64,000 nucleotides of DNA from Octopus vulgaris (taxonomy: Eukaryota). The first letter of the stretch is position 1. Each line of letters begins with the position of its first letter. Below the pieces are notes generated by a model, which saw only the letters and a list, made by a program, of their open reading frames with translations, did not search any database and had not been told where the DNA came from. The position numbers were made by a program, and so were the translations under genes. Shown here piece after piece: positions 52,897-64,000 of this stretch. The DNA lies in contig OX597827.1 of assembly GCA_951406725.2 (NCBI GenBank), positions 11,036,001 to 11,100,000 of the forward strand, in the 5' to 3' direction.

Positions 52897-53315
52897 GGCG
52901 AGCTGGCAGAATCATTAGCACGCCGGGCGAAATGCTAAGTGGTATTTCGTCTGCCACTACGTTCTGAGTTCAAATTCCGCCAAAGTCGACTTTTGCCTTT
53001 CATCCTTTCGGGGTTGATTAAATAAGTACCAGTTATGCACTGGGGTCGATGTAATCGACTTAATACCTATGACTGTCCTTGTTTGTCCCCTCTGTGTTTA
53101 GCCCCTTGTGGGTAATAAAGAAATAGGTATTTCGTCTGCCGCTACATTCTGAGTTCAAATTCCGCCGAGGTCGACTTTGCCTTTCATCTTTTCAGGGTCG
53201 ATTAAATAAGTACCAGTTATGCAATGGGGTCGATATAATCGACTTAATCCATTTGTCTGTCCTTGTTTGTCCCCTCTGTGTTTGGCCCCTTGTGGGCAGT
53301 AAAGAAATAGGTATT
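52897..53315 (+). mobile_element. SINE-C with tandem duplication of its 3' ~185 bp
   Basis: Junction AAAGAAATA|GGTATTTCG, same as at 35965. Confidence 0.88.
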
Positions 53316-53461
53316 TAATATAACATTTATGATAATTACATGAGTTTTCTTTTTAAAAGTAATCTGTCATGGTGATTTTGTTTTTATCATACACTTGTTG
53401 ACGTAACCTTGTGTGTTGGAACATATTTTGTTGCATCTCAAGAGGTTCATTATTTCAATAA

Positions 53462-53721
<260 letters not shown>

Positions 53722-54002
53722 CGTGGCTCTAACTAGGAGACAAACAGACAGAGACCCGAAACGAACCTGGAGTGGAAAAGACATTTCATTGATAAGGTCA
53801 CAAATGGCAATGAAAAGACTTTGCCAAACCTAGCTGATTGCTTGAATAACTGAATGATTAATCAAATAATTGATTAGTTAATTACTTTAATGATTAATCA
53901 ATTGATAAATAAAAAAATGAAGAAGTTAAAAAGTATTAATGCTGGCTTTTATTATGAGCATAACGACCCTCCCAAGATACAACAAAATATCACATTGTCT
54001 TC

Positions 54003-54320
54003 GTGTGAAGGTGCGTGGCTTAGTGGTTAGAGTATTTGGCTTGCAATCATAAGGTTATGAGTTCAATTCCCAGTGACATGTTGAGCAAGACACTTTATTC
54101 CACGTTCCTCCAGTTCCCTCAGCTGGCAATAATGAGTAGTACCAGTATTTCAAAGAACGAGCCTTCTCAAACTCAATGTCATGCTGAATCTCCCTGGGAA
54201 CTACATTAAGGGTACACATGTCTGTGGAGTACTCAGCCACTTGCACATTAATTTCATGAATAGGCTGTTCCATTGATCGGATCAACTGGAACCCTTGTCA
54301 TTGTAACCGACAGAGTGCCA
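54003..54320 (+). mobile_element. SINE-B, full length
   Basis: A/B boxes and family body. Confidence 0.82.
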
Positions 54321-54477
54321 TTTTTTTTTTTTACATTGTCTTCATAAATAATTATCATAAATCACTTTAAAATTATCACATAAATGTCAGTTGTATAAAA
54401 TATCTCCCATCATCCTTTAATTTTGTAATAGGAACTAAAGCAATCAATTGATAGAAATATGTTGTATATCATCACGA

Positions 54478-54897
54478 GGCGCAGGAGTGGCTGTGTGGTA
54501 AGTAGCTTGCTAATCAACCACATGGTTCCGGGTTCAGTCCCACTGCGTGGAATCTTGGGCAAGTGTCTTCTGCTATAGCCTCGGGCTGATCAATGCCTTG
54601 TGAGTGGATTTGGTAGACGGAAACTGAAAGAAGCCTGTCGTATATATGTATATGTATATATATATAAGTGTGTGTGTATATGTTTGTACGTCTGTGTTTG
54701 TCCCCCTAGCATTGCTTGACAACCGATGCTGGTGTGTTTACGTGCCCCGTCACTTAGCGGTTCGGCAAAAAGAGACCGATAGAATAAGTTCTGGGCTTAC
54801 AAAGAATAAGTCCCGGGGTCGATTTGCTCGACTAAAGGCGGTGCTCCAGCATGGCCGCAGCCAAATGACTGAAACAAGTAAAAGAGCAAAAGAGTAA
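54478..54897 (+). mobile_element. SINE-A, full length
   Basis: Family match. Confidence 0.93.
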
Positions 54898-55057
54898 AGT
54901 AAATGATTTGCTGAGAGTGGTGGTTTTATTTCTTAGACATCTTTTGAGGATAGTTTAGTCTTTTATTCTCTCTTGATCCAATAAAAGGTTAAAAAAACTG
55001 AATATAAGAGAAATCAGATGCAAAATGTGAAGGAAGACTTTGCTCTGGTACAGAGAA

Positions 55058-55097
55058 ATCATCATCATCATAATCCTCCTCCTCCTCCTCCTCCTCC

Positions 55098-55137
<40 letters not shown>

Positions 55138-55178
55138 CATCATCCTCCTCCTCCTCCTCCTCATCATCATCATAATCC

Positions 55179-55209
<31 letters not shown>

Positions 55210-55273
55210 TATCATCATCATTATCATCATCATTATCATCATCATCATACTCCACATCATCATCATCATCATT

Positions 55274-55305
<32 letters not shown>

Positions 55306-55560
55306 AATTCTCCTCCTCCTCCTCCTCCTCATCATCATCATCAGTGTCATCACTACAGCTGCCACTACCAAAACCACTGCTGCTCCCTCTACTGCTGCCA
55401 CTTACACTGCCAACCACCATTGCAGCTGTTGCCACTGTTGCTGTCTCTAGCACTATCACCATCGAAACCATCACTACCACTATCCTCATCATCAGGATGC
55501 TGACATGGATTAAATAAGTTTTCTGAGGCAGTGTTTCACTACTAGCAGATACCCTTCCTC
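55058..55560 (-). repeat. (GAT/GAG)n tract extending from a decayed RTE-type terminus
   Basis: Minus-strand AGGAAGGGTATCTG..CCATGTCAGCAT terminus at ~55495-55560. Confidence 0.7.
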
Positions 55561-56311
55561 TCACCAACTCTTTAAACCACATCATACAACTAGACCTAAA
55601 ACCCTCTCATCAGTACATTTAATGTCCCCTTTCTAGCAATTTTGTTTTTCACAAGAAACAAATAAATTACATCAAAATCCTTCACAAAAGTCTTCTCTTT
55701 CGGCTTCATCAATTTTAAGCATCCTAAATGATGCAATATCCGTCAAACAGGTATTAACACTAAGTGTCAGTATTATCACTCATACACATTTTCTTAACAC
55801 CTGTACATATCTTACTCAACACCTTTACACCTCAACTGCTGCACAGCACCTAAACGCAGCTGCAAAATACTTCCTAGCCTATTATGGAAAGAGACTTAGA
55901 GTCACCTGTGCATCACTAATAAATAACTAATCCTCAACACAAATACACACGTTTATTAAATAGAAATGCACACACCTGTTAAACAGAAAGGTAATTATAT
56001 CTGTTAAATAGAAATCTGCATATCTGTGTTGCAGGTGCAAGCATGACTGTGCGGTAAAAAACTTGTTTCCCAACCATACGGTTGCGGGTTCAGTCCCACT
56101 TCATGGCTCCTTGGACAACTTCTTTTTACTATAACCTAGGGCCAGCCAAAGCCTTGTGAGTAGATTTGGTAGACAGAAACTGAATGAAGCCTGCATGTGT
56201 CTAAATGTGTGTTTTTGTCCACTTGCCACCATTTGACAACCGGTGTTAGTGTATTTACATCACCATAACTTCATCATCATCATCATCATCATCATTTAGC
56301 GTCCGTTTTCC

Positions 56312-56342
<31 letters not shown>

Positions 56343-56456
56343 AACACACATATACATATACATATACATCATGTGGTACATATACATCATGTGGTGCTAT
56401 TAAGTTAGACATGGCCTGGGCCAATACTGGCCAAAACCTTTCTAAGTTATTCTAAG

Positions 56457-56532
<76 letters not shown>

Positions 56533-57171
56533 CCATCCATAGATATATACATGTATGCACACATACATACATACATACTTACATACATACATATAAAACA
56601 CTGTTGTGCAGTTTTTAGCTACCAAATTTCACTTGAAAGTTATTGGGAGTAGAGAGAGTTGTCGACTCAGATGTTAAACAGTTGGATCAAACAGGAGGAC
56701 CATATGATTGCAAAGTGAACTACTTAATCACATGGCTACCCTACACTTGTGTTGCAGTCCATTGCAACATATCTGAGATTCTTGTCATGTCATGACATGT
56801 TGCAAGATCTTTTGAGACATTGGTCCGGGAATGAAATTTGCCTAGGTGGGTGCAAACTCAGGTTCAATTTTTTTTTACAAATGAGGCTGATTTTTTTCCA
56901 GGCTTAATATCAAAATAAACACAGGTATAATAATATTTATTATTATTATATATGGAAAAGTAATGCTTCAAATCAATCCAATAGTTTTATATACACTTTC
57001 GTTTTGGCAATGAAGTTCTCCAAGAGGATGTCCAAAGTCTTTTCATTGCACAAGATTTTATGTCCGTGCATTAGAACGCAGTGTGTTAGATGATGAGGCT
57101 ATAGTAGAAGATACTTGGCCAAGGTGCCACACAGTGGGACTGAACCAGGAACCATGTGGTTGATGAGGAAT

Positions 57172-58370
57172 TTACAGGCAATAACAGACGAATTCAAGAC
57201 AGGATGCCCCTGAGAGCTCCTCTATGCTGATGACCTTGCTCTAATTGCTGAGTTACTATCAGAACTGGAGGAGAAGTTTCAGGTGTGGAAGCAAGGATTA
57301 GAATCGAAGGGCCTTAGAGTCAACCTAGCTAAAACCAAAGTCCTAATAAGTAGGAAGGTAGACAAATCACAAACGCCTTCAGGTAGATGGCCCTGCTCGA
57401 TCTGCAGAAAAAGCGTAGGAAGAAACTCTATAAGATGTACCAAGTGTAAGCTATGGACACATAAGAAGTGCAGCAATGTCAAAGGAAGGCTAACTATGAA
57501 GATAGTTTTTGCATGTCGCAGATGCTCAGGAGCAATAAACACTGAAAATGTGCAGAGAACAACTTCCGCCACATTCCAGGGAGAAAATCTAGAAGTAGTT
57601 GATAGCTTCTGTTACCTAGGTGACCAAGTCAGTAGCTGGGGAGGGTGCACTGAAAGTTTAACTGCTAGAGTAAGAATAGCTTGGGCAAAGTTCAGAGAGC
57701 TCTTACCTCTGCTAGGGACAAAAGGCCACTCGCTCAGAGTAAAAGGCAGACAGTATGACGCATGCGTACGAACAGCCATGCTACATGGGAGTGAAACATG
57801 GACTGTGACTGCTGAGGATATGCGTAAGCTCGCAAGAAATGAAGCCAGTATGCTCCGATGGATGTGTAATGTCAGTGTTCATACTCGACAGAGTGTAAGT
57901 ACCTTGAGAGAGAAGTTGAACCTAAGAAGCATCAGTTGTGGTGTGCAAGAGAGACGATTGCGCTGGAATGGTCATGTGGTGAGAATCGATGAAGATATTT
58001 GTGTGAAAAAGCGCCACACCCTAGCGGTTGAGGGAACCTGTGGAAGAGGTAGACCCAGGAAAACCTGGGACAAGGTGGTGAAGCACGACTTTCAAACATT
58101 ATGTCTCACCGAGGCAATGACTAATGACCGAGATCTTTGGAAGTATGCTGTGCGTGAGAAGACTCAGCAGGACAAGTGAGACCATAAACCGTGGCCTCTA
58201 CCTGGGATGTAGTCAGTTCACTTATGCATACCTTTCCTTCTTGGGACACAAAACTCTGCTTGCAAAGACCTGTTGAGGCAAGTGAAATCGAAATCGAAAT
58301 CGATCAAAAATCAATCGAAATTATAGTTGTGATAACAGTGCCGGTGGCACCTAAAAGAACCATCTGAATG
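57172..58370 (+). mobile_element. 5'-truncated RTE-clade LINE: RT YADD motif, PHD-like Cys/His insert, C-terminus and 3' UTR
   Basis: GCP*ELLYADDLALIAE..GLRVNLAKTK..WPCSICRKSVGRNSIRCTKCKLWTHKKCS..CRRC..FCYLG..MLHGSETW..RRLRWNGHV..GRGRPRKTW; ORF stop at 58179. Confidence 0.92.
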
Positions 58371-58375
58371 TGATT

Positions 58376-58725
58376 GTGGCTGTGTGGTAAGTAGCTTGCT
58401 TACCAACCACATGGTCCCGGGTTCAGTCCCACTGTGTGGTACCTTGGGCAAGTGTCTTCAAAGCCTTGTGAGTGGATTTGGTAGACGGAAACTGAAAGAA
58501 GCCTGTCGTATATATGTATATATATATATATGTTTATGTGTCAGTGTTTTTCCTCCCGACATCGCTTGACAACCAATGCAGTTCGGCAAAAGAGACCAAT
58601 AGAATAAGTACTTGGCTTACAAAGAATAAACTCTGGGGTCGATTTGCTTGACTAAAAAGGCGGGGCTCCAGCATGGCCACGGACAAAGGACTGAAACAAG
58701 TAAAAGAGTAAAAGTGTAAAAGAGT
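58376..58725 (+). mobile_element. SINE-A with internal deletions
   Basis: Family match. Confidence 0.88.
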
Positions 58726-58779
58726 AGTATTGCTAAAACCTCTGCCTCGTATATGACTTATTTAAAGATTGTAACTTCT

Positions 58780-59208
58780 GGCAGGAGTGGCTGTGTGGTA
58801 AGTAGCTTGCTAACCAACCACATGGTTCCGGGTTCAGTCCCACTGCGTGGCATCTTGGGCAAATGTCTTCTGCTATAGCCCCGGGCCGACCAATGCCTTG
58901 TGAGTGGATTTGGTAGACGGAAACTGAAAGAAGCCTGTCGTATATATGTATATATATATATATATGTATGTGTGTGTATGTGTTTGTGTGTCTGTGTTTG
59001 TGTGTCTGTGTTTGTCCCTCCAACATTGCTTGACAACTGATGCTGGTGTGTTTACGTCCCCGTCACTTAGCGGTTCGGCAAAAGAGACCGATAGAATAAG
59101 TACTGGGCTTACAAAGAATAAGTCCCGGGTCGATTTGCTCGACTAAAGGCGGAGCTCCAGCATGGCCGCAGTCAAATGACTGAAACAAGTAAAAGAGAGT
59201 AAAAGAGT
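58780..59208 (+). mobile_element. SINE-A, full length
   Basis: Family match. Confidence 0.93.
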
Positions 59209-59971
59209 ATATGATGGATCCAGTCATTGCATGATTAAATCCATCATATAATTTCCTTCCTTATTTGTTTTATAACATGTTTCCTTACTCATCTTCTGTA
59301 TGGAGTGTTATATGATTATTATATCATACTTATTGTTTAATTTACATCACCAGTCAAAAAAATATAAGATGTCTGTAGACAGTATACAATGAATATAAAG
59401 TGCAAATGGTCTGGACTACATCAAAGCTGATGACATCCATCTAGGCCAAACTCATTTTATTTTTGGTCGTCAAGTGTAAAAATTATCACAAGGAGTTCTA
59501 ATGCAGAAATTCTCAAAAGCTTAAATATGTTTTTGCCTGAAAAGTTGGTACACAGAAATCAGTTTCGACATTCAAAGATCAATGGTTTCTCTTGATTTAG
59601 CACCGAGGCCTTGTCTATGGAATCAATATATACACGAGAAATTATGTCATTCGTTACTTCTCCAAGGGTTTGTGTCTGATAAGTGAAAGAATCAAAACGA
59701 GATCGGAGATTCAGTTTATTAGAAGCTTGCCTCATATTCCACAGTGCTTTGTATCGATGACATCACAGTATTGATTTCATTTAAATAGCACGAGCAACAA
59801 TTTTCATAAGGACTCATACAACAGATTTATTTATTTAATGTTGATATCTTACTTGGTTATTTGTTTTTATCAAGCCCCGTGGGATGTAAGTTAAAATCAG
59901 CCAAAGCAACACTTGAACTTGGATGTGTTTCCTACAGAGTTAATGTGTTTGGACTGGTTCTTTGTTCAGTG

Positions 59972-60357
59972 TGGAGGCGCAATGGCCCAGTGGTTAGGGC
60001 AGCGGACTCGCAGTCATAGGATCGCGGTTTCGATTCCCAGACCGGGCGTTGTGAGTGTTTATTGAGTGAAAACGCCTAAAAGCTCCACGAGGCTCCGGCA
60101 GGGGATGGTGGTGATCCCTGCTGTATTCTTTCACCACAACTTTCTCTCACTCTTACTTCCTGTTTCTGTTGTACCTGTATTTCAAAGGGCCGGCTGGCCT
60201 TGTCACTCTCTGTGTCACGCTGAATATCCCCGAGAACTACATTAAGGGTACACGTGTCTGTGGAGTGCTCAGCCACTTACACGTTAATTTCACGAGCAGG
60301 CTGTTCCGTTGATTCGGATCAACCGGAACCCTCGTCGTCGTAACCAACGGAGTGCTT
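59972..60357 (+). mobile_element. SINE-B, full length, young
   Basis: TGGCCCAGTGG A box, GTTTCGATTCC B box; CpGs retained. Confidence 0.88.
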
Positions 60358-61334
60358 CTTCTTTCTTTCTTCTTTGTTCTGTGAAGTCAAGTTAATCTTT
60401 TGTCACACTGGGATCAATAAAATACATCCCCCTTACATAATCAGTATATAAATTAATGATAAAAGTATTAGTAATATTTTCATATCAGTTTTAATATTCT
60501 ATACATCTTGCTTCAAAAAAAAAAAAAAAGAAAGAAAAAAGCCTCATGCCATCAAAAATATTCAAAAATATTATGAGATTAACCATGTTACCTTCTCAGA
60601 GTTTTGAACTCAAAGCGAGTGAATTCTCTACAAATTCTTGATAAAACTATGTAAATTAATGTATAAATATTAATATATTTCACTGTGTGTGTATTTGTGT
60701 GTGTGCGTGTATATGCAATACATATATACATATGCATATAAATATATATCATATGTATTATATATAATACAATATAATGTAATATAATATAGTATAGTAT
60801 TACACACACATACAGGCTTATGTGCACACACATGTGCACACGTGCAGCTGGCTGATAACCAGAGTCTTTATTCAGCAGCTGTAATATTATTGTTTCAAAT
60901 ACAAATAGTCTTTTCCTGTGAATTACCCACCTGCAGCTTTCAGGTAAATAAGTACATTGACTGCCAGATAGTGTGTGGAAGGAGGTCAGCTCCTCCAAAA
61001 TAAGTTCCAAGTAATTTAATCAATACTACAGTGAACCTGTTCCAGATCAGCTGCTTATAACAAAATTGTGTGATGCACAGTTGTTATAAAAGCTTGACAT
61101 TGATTTCATTAACGTACTAGAATTAATTTTCAGCTACGTAATAATGGGCAGTGCAATCACCAGGGACACAAAATTTTCTAGTAGCTGAGATGGATTTAGA
61201 ATGAATGAATTTTAAAATTTTACTGAATTCACTGTTTCATTTGAAGGTAGGAGCTGTCTATGTCTGAAGGTTACGAGCCATTAGGAACGATGCCCCATCC
61301 ATCATTTCTGAATGTTTAAGTGTAATAATACTAT

Positions 61335-61758
61335 ACTCTTTACTCTTTATACTCTTTTACTCTTTTACTTGTTCCAGTCATTTGACTGCGGCCATGCTGG
61401 AGCACCGCCTTTAGTCGAGCAAATCAACCCCCGAGACTTATTCTTTGTAAGCCCAGTACTTATTCTATCGGTCTCTTTTGCCGAACTGCTAAGTGACAGG
61501 GACGTAAACACACCAGCATCGGTTGTCAAGCAATGCAAGGGGGACAAACACAGACACACAAACACACACATACATATATATATATACATATATATGACAG
61601 GCTTCTTTCAGTTTCCGTCTACCAAATCCACTCACAAGGCATTGGTCGGCCCGGGGCTATAGCAGAAGACACTTGCCCAAGATGCCACGCAGTGGGACTG
61701 AACCCGGAACCATGTGGTTGGTTAGCAAGCTACTTACCACACAGCCACTCCTGCGCCT
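61335..61758 (-). mobile_element. SINE-A, full length
   Basis: Family match. Confidence 0.93.
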
Positions 61759-62237
61759 ATAGATTACTTCAATAATTTTTATTTTAATTAAGAGACATTC
61801 TTTTATCCATTTCCAGCCCCTTACATTGTGATATATGATTATGGTTACTAAGCAACTTATATTTTGCAAAATACTGATATATATGAATATTTTAACGTAA
61901 GTGTGGTTCTAATGGACACAAACATTTATTAAAAAAAATTCAAGGGGAAATGACTCAAATAATTCTTTCTACTATAGACACAAGGCTTGAAATTTTGAGG
62001 GGAGGGGGCTAGTCCTTTACCTCAACCCCAGTTCTCAGCTGGTATTTACTTTAGCAATCCTGCAAAGATGAAAAGCAAAGTCAGCCTTAGTGGAATATAA
62101 ACATGGAGACCGATTTTGCCTTCCATCCTTTCTGGGCTGATAAAATATGCATCAGTTGAAAATGGGGGTCAGTTTAATTGACCTACCCCATCCCTCAAAT
62201 AATCAAATAATACAACTGGCTAAATACTATTAACAAA

Positions 62238-62394
62238 AGGAGTGGCTGTGTGGTAAGTAGCTTGTTTACCAACCACATGGTTCTGGGTCCAGTCCCACTG
62301 CGTGGCATCTTGGGCAAGTGTCTTCTGCTATAGCCTCGGGCCGACCAATGCCTTGTGAGTGGATTTGGTAGACGGAAACTGAAAGAAGCCTGTC

Positions 62395-62450
<56 letters not shown>

Positions 62451-62669
62451 TTGTGTGTCTGTGTTTGTCCCCCTAGCATTGCTTGACAACCAATGCTGGT
62501 GTGTTTACGTCCCCGTCACTTAGCGGTTCGGCAAAAGAGACCGATAGAATAAGTACTGGGCTTACAAAAGAATAAGTCCCAGGGTCGATTTGCTCAACTA
62601 AAGGCGGTGCTCCAGCATGGCCGCAGTCAAATGACTGAAACAAGTAAAAGAGTAAAAGAGTAAAAGAGT
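62238..62669 (+). mobile_element. SINE-A, full length
   Basis: Family match. Confidence 0.93.
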
Positions 62670-62928
62670 ATATTCTAGGATGATTATTCATTCTAAAAAA
62701 AGATAACGACAGTGGCCAAATAGGAATTAACACCAAAAATCTTTTGCAAAGGACCATTCTAGCTCCATAGATCCTTGCTAGTTCATACTTTATACTTTAT
62801 ATTATATAATGGTGGTTATAAGCAGAAATAAAATAATGAGCTGGCAGAAACATTAGCATGTCAGAGGAAATGCTTATCAGGATTTTTTTCTAGCTCTTAG
62901 TTCTATCCTGCGGCTATCTGGATAGAGC

Positions 62929-62948
62929 TATCTATCTATCTATCTATA

Positions 62949-63013
<65 letters not shown>

Positions 63014-63111
63014 CTATGTATATATATCTTTCTATCTATCTATCTATCCATCTATCTATTTATCTATCTATCTATCTACATACCTATCTATCTATCTATC
63101 TATCTATCTCG

Positions 63112-63148
<37 letters not shown>

Positions 63149-63215
63149 CATACATACATACATACATACATACAGGTATACATACATACATACATGCATG
63201 CATTTATGTATGTAT
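62929..63215. repeat. (CTAT)n / (ATAG)n / (ATAC)n compound microsatellite
   Basis: Direct; orientation flips at CTCGAG (63108-63113). Confidence 0.95.
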
Positions 63216-63221
63216 GTTTGC

Positions 63222-63430
63222 ACGTTGCTGGAAGCTCTTGGCTTTAAGGTTATCACAAAAGACCCAGTTGGAGGTCCAGCCTTCTGAGTTCTTTTACAGG
63301 ACTTAGAAAAACTGAAGGACCACTGCAATAAGTGTATGAATCTGAGAGGGTAAGATGTTGAATAAAATCATAATCAATTGACCCTCCTGTATTTCCTTTT
63401 ACCGAAAGCCAACATCTTTTCAGCAACTAC
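63222..63430 (+). mobile_element. Mariner-derived MITE retaining the transposase C-terminus
   Basis: GTTGCTGGAAG..TTGGCTTT / AAAGCCAAC..TTTTCAGCAAC TIR-like ends; EKLKDHCNKCMNLRG*DVE* resembles the mariner W.KC...G.Y.E end. Confidence 0.6.
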
Positions 63431-63433
63431 GTC

Positions 63434-63470
<37 letters not shown>

Positions 63471-63529
63471 ATTTACTAATTTTATTATGAAGTTGATATT
63501 TTTAGACCATAACTGACCCTCTTTCGGTT

Positions 63530-63843
63530 ATGATGACATGTGTTCCAGTTGATCTGTTCAACGGAACAGCCGGCTCATGAAATTAACCTGCAAGTGGCTG
63601 AGCACTCCACAGACAAGCATGCTCTTAATGTAGTTTCCAGGGTGATTCAGTGAGACACAAGATGACGAGGTTGGCTCTTTAGACTACAGGTATGACTGAT
63701 TTTTCCCTGCTGAGTTGACTGGAGTAATACGAAAGGAAATGTCTTGCTCAATAAAAAAAAAATGATAATGCATTGCCAGAAATTGAACTCATGGTTTTAT
63801 GATTACAAGCCAAATACCCTAACCACTAAACCACATGGCTTCA
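63530..63843 (-). mobile_element. SINE-B diverged copy
   Basis: Reverse complement of the family. Confidence 0.75.
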
Positions 63844-64000
63844 GAGCCTAGAGCAAAATTGATAGAAAAATTATTACATAGAAATATTTTTAAAAGCTTT
63901 AATTCATATATAAATCCTTTAGAACATTTTTTTATCATAGAACTGGGAGCAGCCTCAGGTGGAATGGTACTAAAAGGGTTAATAACATTATTTAGAGCAG

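Noticed and set aside
53855-53906. TGATTAATCA/TAAT homeodomain-like cluster
   Set aside because: Not distinguishable from AT-rich low-complexity background.
56876-57090. Possible mariner 3' end on the minus strand
   Set aside because: Too decayed to call with confidence.

Overview
This is AT-rich, microsatellite-saturated animal DNA. The retroposon families and (TA)n/(CA)n/(GAT)n density suggest a coleoid cephalopod, probably Octopus (inference). No complete host gene is visible, and almost all tracked ORFs come from microsatellites or SINEs. The window holds about 20 copies of one tRNA-derived SINE (SINE-A) and several other SINE families. It also holds RTE, CR1 and Penelope-like retroelement remnants, Tc1/mariner, hAT, piggyBac-like and Helitron-like DNA elements, and a 2.5-kb 34-bp minisatellite. 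The best candidate system lies in the few unique islands: four possible short first coding exons on the + strand (MVGSA, MLK, MLNKINI, MLISYLVICFYQAPWD) that all end at phase-0 GT donors. Three of them sit beside nuclear-receptor elements: a perfect IR3/ERE cluster, an IR1 and a six-half-site DR4 array. This suggests the multi-promoter 5' region of a large gene whose shared exons lie outside the window, but it is unverified. Other notable items are a 5'-inverted RTE insertion with an 11-bp TSD, hammerhead-like motifs, a two-template insertion, perfect palindromes and a candidate 9-nt microexon. Coordinates of diverged repeats are approximate.
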